A stretch of 64,000 nucleotides of DNA. Origin: an uncultured bacterium. Lineage in GTDB: Bacteria; Krumholzibacteriota; Krumholzibacteriia; Krumholzibacteriales; Krumholzibacteriaceae. Below are positions 1 through 8,576 of this stretch, one piece after another (the first letter of the stretch is position 1; each line of letters begins with the position of its first letter). Under the pieces are notes generated by a model. It saw only the letters and a list, made by a program, of their open reading frames with translations. It was not told where the DNA came from and did no database searches. Both the position numbers and the translations under genes were made by a program. The DNA is taken from contig CAWFAD010000007.1 of NCBI GenBank assembly GCA_963813815.1, forward strand, positions 403,814-467,813, in the 5' to 3' direction.

Positions 1-1345
1 CCTGGCGATCAACTCGGCGGGGCTCTTGGTGTTTTTGAACTTCAGCGCGAGCGAGGTGCGTGAGCGGGATTATTTTTACGGTCCGGCGTTTTACTTTTTC
101 GCGGTGTTCATCGGGATCGGGGCCTCGTGGCTGCTCGTGACGGTCGCCGAGTGGGCCGAGCGGCGGCGGGCGGAGCGGTTCGGGTACGTGGTGCCGGTCG
201 GAGCCCTCTGCATCGTCCTCTCGCTCCTCCCCATCCGCCACAACTGGTGGACCCACGACCGGTCGGACAACTACATTGCGAGGGATTACGCGCACAACAT
301 GCTCGCCGGGCTCGAGTCCGGAGCGATCCTCTTCACGAACGGCGACAACGACACGTATCCGCTCTGGTATCTGCAGAACGTCGAGCGGTTCCGGACCGAC
401 GTGCGCGTCGCGAACCTCAACCTGCTCAACACGGACTGGTACATCAAGCAGCTCCGCGACCGGGAGCCGAAGGTGCCCATCGCCTACACCGACGAGGAGA
501 TCGAGAACCTCCGCCCCGTTGCCCTCAAGGGAGGCGGCATCGCCTGGCGGCGCGACCAGGCGGTGCAGCACGTCATCAACGAGGCGAGTTGGAAGCGTCC
601 GATCTACTTCGCGGTCACGGTGCCGCTCGAGATCTGGCGGCCGTACGAACGGTATCTCGAGACGGAGGGGATCGTGCGCCGTCTCGTTCCGACCGCGGGG
701 GAGGACCGCGTCAACGAGTATCTCCTCGCGCGCAACCTCGACGAGATCTACCGCTTCAGAGGCATGCTCACGGCCGGTGGCGCGGTCGATTCCACGATCT
801 ACAAGGACCGGGACGTGCGAGCCACCTTCGTCAATTTCGCCGTCGCGGCGGCGCAGCTTGGCCAGCAGCGGGCGATCGCCAAGGATTTCGACGACGCGAT
901 TCGCCGGATGGAGCTCGCGCTCGCGCTCGATCCCGGTCTCGATGCCGCGAAGGTGCTGCTCGGCAGCTACTATATGATGGCGGGCAGGGACGCGGACGCG
1001 ATCGCGCATTACCTCCGGGCGATCGCGGAGGAGCCGGGACAGGGGGAATACTGGGTGCGGCTCGCCCGGATCTACGAGTTCAAGGAGCAACTGCCGTTCG
1101 CGATGCAGAATCTCGGCGAGGGTATCCGCCTCGCTCCCGACCACCGGCAGCTCTATATCGACGCGTTCCGCGTCGCGGCCCTCATGGGGGATGCCGATCG
1201 GGCGAAGGGGTTCATCGCCCGGTGGCTCGAACGGCACCCGGAGGACGAGGAGATGCAGGCCGTCCTCGAGGGGGCGGACCGGCTGCTCGAGGAGGAGTTC
1301 GGACTCGACGGCTCGGAGCGGCCGCGCGGAGGGGGCGACGAATGA
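1..1345 (+). CDS. DUF2723/TMEM260-like GT-C membrane protein with C-terminal TPRs (5'-partial)
   Basis: Frame open from the window edge. Motifs RERDYFY and FTNGDNDTYPLWYLQ..E..R.DVRV.NL.LL.TDWYI are characteristic of DUF2723 proteins. C-terminal TPR-like helices (AI..Y..A....P). Confidence 0.8.
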   Translation, partial: LAINSAGLLVFLNFSASEVRERDYFYGPAFYFFAVFIGIGASWLLVTVAEWAERRRAERFGYVVPVGALCIVLSLLPIRHNWWTHDRSDNYIARDYAHNMLAGLESGAILFTNGDNDTYPLWYLQNVERFRTDVRVANLNLLNTDWYIKQLRDREPKVPIAYTDEEIENLRPVALKGGGIAWRRDQAVQHVINEASWKRPIYFAVTVPLEIWRPYERYLETEGIVRRLVPTAGEDRVNEYLLARNLDEIYRFRGMLTAGGAVDSTIYKDRDVRATFVNFAVAAAQLGQQRAIAKDFDDAIRRMELALALDPGLDAAKVLLGSYYMMAGRDADAIAHYLRAIAEEPGQGEYWVRLARIYEFKEQLPFAMQNLGEGIRLAPDHRQLYIDAFRVAALMGDADRAKGFIARWLERHPEDEEMQAVLEGADRLLEEEFGLDGSERPRGGGDE

Positions 1346-2316
1346 AACGATCGGTCGTGGTGACCGGAGCGGCGGGATTCATCGGGTCGCACCTGTGCGA
1401 GCGTCTTCTCGACGACGGGTTCGAGGTGCTCGGGGTCGACTGTCTCACCGATTACTACAGCCCCGCGCGCAAGCGCGGCCACATCGCCGCCCTTCGCAGC
1501 CGCGCGGGTTTCCGCTTCGCCGAGGAGGATCTCGCGACGGCCGACGTCGGCCGTTTGCTCGAGGGGACGGACGGCGTGTTCCACCTCGCCGCGCAGGCAG
1601 GCGTCCGCTCGAGCTGGGGGAAGGACTTCAAGCCCTACCTCGACTCGAACGTGCTCGCCACGCAGCGTCTCCTCGAAGCGGTGAAGGGACGGGCCGGCAC
1701 GCGGATCGTCCACGCGAGCTCGAGCTCCGTGTACGGCGAACCGAAGGAGCTCCCGATGCGCGAGGACGCCGAGAAGTCGCCGCGTTCGCCCTACGGCGCC
1801 ACCAAGCTCGCCGCCGAGCATCTCCTCGAGTTGTACCGGATCGGGTTCGGCGTCGCCTACCGGGCGCTGCGGTTCTTCACCGTGTACGGCCCCCGGCAGC
1901 GCCCCGACATGGCCTTCAGCAGGTTCATCCAAGCGGGACTGTCCGGAGTCCCCATCGAGGTGTACGGCGACGGGGAGCAGACGAGGGATTTCACGTACGT
2001 CTCCGACGCCGTCGAGGCGGCCGTGCTCGCCTATCGCTACGAGGGGCCCGAGACGGTGTTCAACATCGGCGGCGGCAGCCGCACGTCGCTCGCCGACGCC
2101 ATCGGCATCGTGGCCGCCGGGCTCGGGGGACGTCTCGCCGTGCGCCGCCTCGAGAGCGCGAAAGGGGACGTGGGCGACACGCTCGCCGACACGTCGCGCG
2201 CGCGGCGCGAGCTCGGGTTCGCTCCCCGCGTCGGGCTCGCCGAGGGCATTCGGAACGAGATCGCGTGGTACCGGGAGTATATCGCGGGAACCGAAGGGAG
2301 GACGAGCTCCTCATGA
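1342..2316 (+). CDS. NAD-dependent epimerase/dehydratase (UDP-glucuronate/UDP-glucose 4-epimerase-like)
   Basis: ATG at 1342 overlaps the upstream stop (ATGA). Motifs VTGAAGFIGS, YGATK and RFFTVYGPRQRPDMAF. Confidence 0.9.
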   Translation: MKRSVVVTGAAGFIGSHLCERLLDDGFEVLGVDCLTDYYSPARKRGHIAALRSRAGFRFAEEDLATADVGRLLEGTDGVFHLAAQAGVRSSWGKDFKPYLDSNVLATQRLLEAVKGRAGTRIVHASSSSVYGEPKELPMREDAEKSPRSPYGATKLAAEHLLELYRIGFGVAYRALRFFTVYGPRQRPDMAFSRFIQAGLSGVPIEVYGDGEQTRDFTYVSDAVEAAVLAYRYEGPETVFNIGGGSRTSLADAIGIVAAGLGGRLAVRRLESAKGDVGDTLADTSRARRELGFAPRVGLAEGIRNEIAWYREYIAGTEGRTSSS

Positions 2317-3254
2317 CAGTGAAAACGAGCTATTTCGGATCGGCCGTCGTTCCACTCTACAACGAGCGCGAGAGCCTCGTTGAGCTCCATCGCCAGCTCG
2401 CCGCGGTGATGGATCGCACGTTCGCGGGGTACGAGCTCATCTTCGTCGACGACGGGTCGACGGACGGCTCCATCGAGACGCTGCGGGAGCTCCGTCTCGG
2501 CGACCGGCGCGTGAAGATCATATCCTTCCGCCGCAACTACGGCAAGTCGGCCGCGCTCTCCGAGGCGTTCAAGGCGGCGCGCGGCGATATCGTCGTCACG
2601 ATCGACGCCGATCTTCAGGACAACCCCGAGGAGATCCCCGGCCTCGTCGCCAAGCTCGAGGAGGGGTACGATCTCGTCTCCGGCTGGAAGCTCAAGCGCA
2701 AGGACCCGCTCACGAAGACGCTGCCGTCGCGGCTCTTCAATCTCACCACCTCGCTCGTGAGCGGCATCAAGCTGCACGATTTCAACTGCGGTCTCAAGGC
2801 GTATCGCGGCGAGGTCGTCAAGCGCATCTCGATCTACGGCGAGCTGCATCGCTTCATACCCGTCATCGCCGGATGGGAGGGGTTCCGCGTGACGGAGAAG
2901 CGGGTGACGCACTTCGAGCGCAAGTACGGCCAGAGCAAGTTCGGCGCGCGCCGCTTTCTCAACGGCATGTTCGATCTCATGACGGTCATGTTCCTCACGC
3001 GGCGCGCCTCGACGCCGTTCCATTTCTTCGGACGCGTCGCCTTTTTCTTTCTGGCCGCGGGCTCCCTCATCACGCTCTATTTTCTCGCGATCTGGATGTT
3101 CGGACACGGGCTCCGCGTGCGGCCGCTCATGGTCGGCGGACTCGTCATGATCGTGATCGCGATCCAGATCGGGTCGTTCGGGCTTCTCGCGGAGCTCTTC
3201 ACGTCGCGGGTCGAGCGAACCTTCGCGTACCGCGAGCAGAGCATCGATGACTAA
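2313..3254 (+). CDS. GT2 glycosyltransferase, ArnC/GtrB-like (polyprenyl-phosphate glycosyltransferase)
   Basis: VPLYNE, VDDGSTDG, IDADLQD, DFNCGLKAYR, ELHRFIP; two C-terminal TM helices; ATGA overlap. Confidence 0.88.
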   Translation: MTVKTSYFGSAVVPLYNERESLVELHRQLAAVMDRTFAGYELIFVDDGSTDGSIETLRELRLGDRRVKIISFRRNYGKSAALSEAFKAARGDIVVTIDADLQDNPEEIPGLVAKLEEGYDLVSGWKLKRKDPLTKTLPSRLFNLTTSLVSGIKLHDFNCGLKAYRGEVVKRISIYGELHRFIPVIAGWEGFRVTEKRVTHFERKYGQSKFGARRFLNGMFDLMTVMFLTRRASTPFHFFGRVAFFFLAAGSLITLYFLAIWMFGHGLRVRPLMVGGLVMIVIAIQIGSFGLLAELFTSRVERTFAYREQSIDD

Positions 3255-4404
3255 GGGACCTGCACGGCGCCGCTACTGTCTCGTCGGACCCGCGTACCCG
3301 TACCGGGGAGGCATCTCGCATTACAACACGTGCCTCATCCGGGAGCTCTCCGGGAAGAGCGACGTGCGGGCGATCAATTTCTCGCGCTTGTACCCCGGCT
3401 TCCTCTTTCCGGGGAAGACGCAGTTCGACGAGAGCGCGCGGCCGCTCGAGGCGCCCTCGCTCCGGCTCGTCGATTCGCTCAATCCGTTGTCCTGGATTCG
3501 CGCCGGCGCGGCGGCGGCGCGTTTCCGTCCCGACGCCGTGCTCGTTCAGTGGTGGCATCCCTTCTTCGCCCTTTCGATGGCCGCGCTCTGCGCCGTCGTC
3601 AGGATGCGGTGCCGCGCGAAGATCGTTTTCATCTGCCACAACGTTCTGCCGCACGAGCGCTCCCTCGTCGACGCGACGCTCGCCCGCGTCGCCTTCGCGG
3701 CGGCGGACGCCTTCGTCGTTCAGTCGAACGAGGACCGCGGCAAGCTCTCGCGGATCAAGCGCCGCTCTCCGGTCATCGTGCATCCGCATCCCAGCTACGA
3801 TTTCTTCGCCTCGGGGGGGTTCACGCGGGAGAGCGCGCGCTCGGCGATCGGAGAGGGCGCGGGGCCGCTCGTGCTCTTTTTCGGGTACGTGCGGGGCTAC
3901 AAGGGCCTGCGGTATCTTCTCGAGGCCATGCCGGCGCTGCGCGAGCGAGTGCCGGCCCGGCTGCTCGTCGTCGGGGAGTTCTACGACAGCCGCTCCCCCT
4001 ACGACGAGCTCGTCTCGAGGCTCGGCCTCGGGGACGCCGTCCGCTTCGTCGACCGCTACGTCGGAAACGAGGAGGTGGAGGCGTACTTTGCCGCGAGCGA
4101 TCTCGTCGTCCTGCCCTACGTGTCGGCGACGCAGAGCGGCATCGCTCAGATCGCCATCGCCTTCGACCGTCCCGCCGTCGTGACGGACGTCGGAGGGCTT
4201 CCCGAGGCGATCGCTCACGAGCGAACGGGATTCGTCGTGCCGCCGCGCGATCCGGCCGCCCTCGCCGGCGCGATGGCGCGGTTCTTCGAGGAAGGCTGGG
4301 CGGGGAAAATGGCGCCGCTCTTCGCGGAGGAGAAGCGGCGCTTCTCGTGGAGCGCCATGGCGGAAGCGGTCGAGGGGCTTCTCGACCGCCTCGAACGCGG
4401 GTGA
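3247..4404 (+). CDS. GT4 glycosyltransferase
   Basis: GPAYPYRGGI, FFGYVRGYKGL, LPYVSATQSGI, TDVGGLPE. Confidence 0.9.
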   Translation: MTKGPARRRYCLVGPAYPYRGGISHYNTCLIRELSGKSDVRAINFSRLYPGFLFPGKTQFDESARPLEAPSLRLVDSLNPLSWIRAGAAAARFRPDAVLVQWWHPFFALSMAALCAVVRMRCRAKIVFICHNVLPHERSLVDATLARVAFAAADAFVVQSNEDRGKLSRIKRRSPVIVHPHPSYDFFASGGFTRESARSAIGEGAGPLVLFFGYVRGYKGLRYLLEAMPALRERVPARLLVVGEFYDSRSPYDELVSRLGLGDAVRFVDRYVGNEEVEAYFAASDLVVLPYVSATQSGIAQIAIAFDRPAVVTDVGGLPEAIAHERTGFVVPPRDPAALAGAMARFFEEGWAGKMAPLFAEEKRRFSWSAMAEAVEGLLDRLERG

Positions 4405-4411
4405 GGACCGG

Positions 4412-5299
4412 GTGGATCGCACCATCCACGTCATCGTTCTCAACTGGAACGGCGCCGCCGTGCTCGGAGAATGCCTCGCCTCCCTCGCGAGGGTTCGCGG
4501 GCCGCGCCTCGAGATCATCGTCGTGGACAACGCTTCGACGGACGGTTCCGCCGGCATCATCCGGCGCGGCCACCCCGGAATCGAGCTTCTCGTGAACGAG
4601 CGCAATCTGCTCTTCGCCGGGGGAAACAACGTCGGGATGCGGCGCGCGATGGAACGGGGAGCCCGGCGCATCCTTCTCCTCAACAACGACACCGAGGTGG
4701 ATCCCGACTTCGCCGGGCGCCTGCTCGACTCGCTCGAGACCGATCCGCGGGCGGGGATAGCGGGGCCGAAGATCCTCTATCACGGCGATCCGGAGCGGAT
4801 CTGGTACGGCGGGGCGGATTTCTATCCGATCATCGGCGTGCCGCGTCATCGCAACATCCGCCGCAGGGACGGCGCTTTTCCCGAGCGCGCCGTCGAGACG
4901 GGGTGGGTGTCGGGATGCGCGATGCTCGTGCGGCGGGAGGTCGTCGAGGCGATCGGGTATCTCGATCCTTCCTACGAGATGTACTGCGAGGACGTCGATT
5001 ACTGTCTCCGGGCGCGGCTCGCGGGGTGGCGCTGCCGATACGAGCCGGAGGCCCGCGTGTGGCACAAGGTGAGCTCCTCGAGCGGGGGCGGCATGACGCC
5101 CTTCAAGCTCGAGAACAGGATCGCGAGCACGAAGCGGCTCTTCGCGCGCTTCAGGCCCTTGTGGTGGCGGGCGCTGCTCGCGCCGGCGCACGCGGCGGGG
5201 CTCGCGCTGCTCGTGGCGGGGTTCATCGCGAGCGGCAGGGCGCAGCTGGCGCGCGCGGCGTGGCGCGGCGCATGGCGCCGCCGAAGAGAGGCACCCTAA
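4412..5299 (+). CDS. GT2 glycosyltransferase (rhamnosyltransferase-like family)
   Basis: LNWNG, VDNASTDGS, LLNND, SGCAML, YCEDVDYC. Confidence 0.9.
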   Translation: MDRTIHVIVLNWNGAAVLGECLASLARVRGPRLEIIVVDNASTDGSAGIIRRGHPGIELLVNERNLLFAGGNNVGMRRAMERGARRILLLNNDTEVDPDFAGRLLDSLETDPRAGIAGPKILYHGDPERIWYGGADFYPIIGVPRHRNIRRRDGAFPERAVETGWVSGCAMLVRREVVEAIGYLDPSYEMYCEDVDYCLRARLAGWRCRYEPEARVWHKVSSSSGGGMTPFKLENRIASTKRLFARFRPLWWRALLAPAHAAGLALLVAGFIASGRAQLARAAWRGAWRRRREAP

Positions 5300-5368
5300 G
5301 GCAATCATTTTTAATGGGTTGCTTGGAACGCCGAGAAGTGGTACTCTTTGAAGTGACGGAGGTAATGT

Positions 5369-7834
5369 TTGAGTAAGGCAGTATCCCCGCAGGGCGGGGC
5401 GGGGGAAACCGGGATATTCGATCGTCTCGAATCCCTGCGCCCGCGGTACCAGGCGCTCGTGCTCGCCGCCGTTCTCGTCGCGGCGCTCTGCCTGCTTCTG
5501 CCGGACGTCATCTTTCAAGGCAAGCTCTTTCTCGTGCCCGACGCGATCGCCCCGATGAACTTCGCCGTCGTGGGAGAGAAGGAGCTCGCCGCCGGCTCGT
5601 ATCCTCTCTGGAATCCGTACCTCTTCTGCGGCATGCCGAGCTACGCGAGCCTCGCCTTCACTCCCTACGTCTATCCGCCGTCCTTCGTCACCTTCGCGCT
5701 CCAGCGATACCTCGGTTTTCCCGAGATGACGTGGCTGCTCATCCATTACCTGCTCGCGGGCGCGGGCATGTACCTTCTCGCCCGGGCGCTCGGGTGCCGC
5801 GCGGCGGTCTCCATGGCGGCGGGACTCGTCTTCATGCTTCTCCCGAACTACGTCGCGATGGGAGCGAACGGCCACGGATCGCAGGCCGTCTCGATAGCGT
5901 ACATGCCGCTCGCGCTGCTGCTGGCGTGGCGCGTTCTCTCCGGGCCCCGGCGCCTCGCCCCGGCGGGATTGCTCGCGATCGTTCTCGGGTTTCAGATGCT
6001 CCGCGGCCACGTGCAGATCGCCTACTACACCTATCTCCTCATCGGGCTCCTCGTTCTCTTCGAGGCGGCGGCGCTTCTCCGGGCTCGGGATCGCGCGGGG
6101 CTCGCGAGGGGCGCCGGTTTTCTCGCCGGGTCGTTCGCCGTGGCGGTCGGCATCGCCGCCGTTCTCATCTTCCCCGTGCGCGAGTACGCGGCGCATTCGA
6201 TTCGGGGCGGCGCGGCGGGCGGCGGGCTCGACTACGGCTACGCGACGGGCTGGAGCCTCCATCCGAGGGAAATGGCGACCTTCGTGTTCGCCTGGGCGAG
6301 CGGGTTCGGAAAGGCGACCTACTGGGGGGCGATGCCGTTCACGGATTATCCGAACTACCTCGGGGTCGCGACCGCCGTCTGCGCCGTTTTCGGGCTCCTG
6401 CTCGCGAAGGACCGCCGGAGATGGTTTCTCCTGGCCGCCGCGCTCGCGGCGACGCTCGTGAGTTTCGGCAAGTTCTTTCCGCTTCTGTACGAGCCGATGT
6501 TCGAGTATCTGCCCTATTTCAACAAGTTCCGCGTGCCCGTCATGGCGCTCATCGTCCAGCAGCTCGCCGTCGTTCTCCTCATGGCGACCGGGCTCGAGGC
6601 CTTCCTCTCTCGCGCACGCGGCGGAACGCTTCCTCCGTGGTGCGCGGCGAAGCGCCTCAAATGGGCGCTCGTCGCCGTCGCGATCGCCCTTCTCCTCACG
6701 CTCGTGGGGAGCGGCGGAATCAGGGAGAGCGTGGGCGGCAGCGCGGCGGTGAAGGCGAGAGTGCCGGCGGAATGGATCGCCGCCGCGTCCTCGGCCTACG
6801 CGAGCGATCTCGCCAAGACGCTCGCCGTTCTCGCGGCGGTCATCCTCGTTCTCGCGTTCGCGGCGGGGAAGCGGATGAGCGCCGGGACGGCGGCCGTCCT
6901 GATCGCGGCGTTCGCGGCGGTCGATCTCTTTCTCGTCGATCGCGCCGTTTTGCATCCCGAGGGGACGTGGCGGGGGACGCAGCCGATCGTGATGGAGAAG
7001 GGCGTCCGGGAGCGATACCTCCTTCCCGACGACGCCGTCCGATTCTTCCGCGCCGACACGTCGTACTTCCGCGTCTTTCCCGTTCCCGACGCGCGGATCG
7101 GCCAGTGGTCGCACAACGCGTACCCCTTCAGCGACAACCGGTTCATGTCGCACGGCATTTTCTCGCTCGGCGGGTACCACGCGGCCAAGCTCAAGCGGTA
7201 CCAGAACGTCATGGACGCGATGTTCGAGGCCTTCAACGGCCGGCGATACCCGGCGGCGCTCGTCGACATGCTGAACGCGAAGTATTTCCTCTCCTCCTAC
7301 CGGCTCTTTCCCGAGAACACGGGAATGCCGCTCGTGGCGAGCGGAGAGAAATTCTTCGTTTACGAGAATCCGACGGCGCTGCCGAGGGTCTCCTTCGTCG
7401 ACTCCGTCCGCGTGCTGTCCCCGGAGGCGGCGCTGAGGAAACTCGCCGCCGGCGAGGTCGAGCCGGCCCGCGAGGTGATTCTCGAAAGGGATCCGCCGAT
7501 TCGTCCGGAGTCCGCGGCGGGGGCGCACGCCCGCATCACGTCGTACCGCGCGAACGAAATCCGCGTGCGCGCCCATACCGAGCGCCCCTGCATTCTGCTC
7601 CTCAGCGAGATCTGGTATCCCGACTGGAAGGCCGAGGTGAACGGCGAGGAGACCCCGGTGCTCGCGGCCGATTACTGTCTCCGCGCCATCGCGCTCGACG
7701 CCGGGGACCACGACGTCCGCATGTATTTCGCCTCGCGCCGCCTGCGCGTTTCGCTCATCGTCTCGATCGCGTGTTTCATCGCCGCGGTCTCGGCCCCGAT
7801 TTTCTCCCGGGCGGCGGCATGGAGGAGGAGGTAA
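5369..7834 (+). CDS. YfhO-family multi-pass membrane protein (GT-C)
   Basis: GGAGG 6 nt before the TTG start. PLWNPYLFCGMP, many TM helices, FNKFRVP, C-terminal LLSEIWYPDWKA..NG..G.HDV. Confidence 0.85.
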   Translation: MSKAVSPQGGAGETGIFDRLESLRPRYQALVLAAVLVAALCLLLPDVIFQGKLFLVPDAIAPMNFAVVGEKELAAGSYPLWNPYLFCGMPSYASLAFTPYVYPPSFVTFALQRYLGFPEMTWLLIHYLLAGAGMYLLARALGCRAAVSMAAGLVFMLLPNYVAMGANGHGSQAVSIAYMPLALLLAWRVLSGPRRLAPAGLLAIVLGFQMLRGHVQIAYYTYLLIGLLVLFEAAALLRARDRAGLARGAGFLAGSFAVAVGIAAVLIFPVREYAAHSIRGGAAGGGLDYGYATGWSLHPREMATFVFAWASGFGKATYWGAMPFTDYPNYLGVATAVCAVFGLLLAKDRRRWFLLAAALAATLVSFGKFFPLLYEPMFEYLPYFNKFRVPVMALIVQQLAVVLLMATGLEAFLSRARGGTLPPWCAAKRLKWALVAVAIALLLTLVGSGGIRESVGGSAAVKARVPAEWIAAASSAYASDLAKTLAVLAAVILVLAFAAGKRMSAGTAAVLIAAFAAVDLFLVDRAVLHPEGTWRGTQPIVMEKGVRERYLLPDDAVRFFRADTSYFRVFPVPDARIGQWSHNAYPFSDNRFMSHGIFSLGGYHAAKLKRYQNVMDAMFEAFNGRRYPAALVDMLNAKYFLSSYRLFPENTGMPLVASGEKFFVYENPTALPRVSFVDSVRVLSPEAALRKLAAGEVEPAREVILERDPPIRPESAAGAHARITSYRANEIRVRAHTERPCILLLSEIWYPDWKAEVNGEETPVLAADYCLRAIALDAGDHDVRMYFASRRLRVSLIVSIACFIAAVSAPIFSRAAAWRRR

Positions 7835-7838
7835 GCGC

Positions 7839-8555
7839 GTGGAGACGCTCGTCATAGTTCCGACCTACAACGAGAAAGAGAACATCGCCTCCATCGTCGG
7901 CGCCGTGCTCAAGCTCGGCAGCGGCGTCGAGATCCTCGTCATCGATGACGCGAGCCCCGACGGCACCGGCGCCATCGTCGATTCCCTCGCCGCCGTGAAT
8001 CCCCGCGTCCACGTGCTCCATCGGCCCGGGAAGCTCGGGCTCGGCTCAGCGTACATCGCCGGCTTCAACTGGGCCCTCGCGAACACCGAGGCCCGGTACG
8101 TCTTCGAGATGGACGCCGATTTCTCGCACGACCCGAACGCGATCCCGCAGTTTCTCGAAGCGGCCAAGGAGGCGGATCTCGTCATCGGCTCCCGGTATCT
8201 CAGGGGGGTCACGGTGGTGAACTGGCCGCTCGGCCGGCTCATCCTGAGCTACGGCGCGAACGTCTATACGCGCCTCATTACGGGGATGCCGATCAAGGAC
8301 GCGACGGGCGGTTTCAAGTGCTTCCGGCGGGAGGTGCTCGAGCGCCTGCCTCTCGATCGCATCAGGAGCGACGGATATTCCTTTCAGATCGAGCTGAACT
8401 ATATCGCGTGGAAACAGGGCTTCCGCATCGTCGAGATACCCATTCTGTTCGTCGATCGCCGCGTGGGCATCTCGAAGATGTCGAAGAAAATAGTCTGGGA
8501 AGCGACTTTCATGGTCTGGAGGATCCGCTTCATGAACCCGCGACGCTGGCGGTAG
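7839..8555 (+). CDS. Polyprenol monophosphomannose synthase (DPM1/Ppm1-like GT2)
   Basis: VPTYNEKENI, DDASPDGT, KLGLGSAY, EMDADFSH, DATGGFKCFR, GYSFQIE. Confidence 0.88.
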   Translation: METLVIVPTYNEKENIASIVGAVLKLGSGVEILVIDDASPDGTGAIVDSLAAVNPRVHVLHRPGKLGLGSAYIAGFNWALANTEARYVFEMDADFSHDPNAIPQFLEAAKEADLVIGSRYLRGVTVVNWPLGRLILSYGANVYTRLITGMPIKDATGGFKCFRREVLERLPLDRIRSDGYSFQIELNYIAWKQGFRIVEIPILFVDRRVGISKMSKKIVWEATFMVWRIRFMNPRRWR

Positions 8556-8576
8556 GGTTCGTCCGCGGGAGCGACT

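Noticed and set aside
3821..7855. 1344-aa minus-strand ORF, and similar long antisense or alternate-frame ORFs (e.g. 10235-12805, 36145-38850)
   Set aside because: Shadow ORFs of GC-rich genes; Arg/Ala/Gly-rich with no motifs, opposite well-supported genes.
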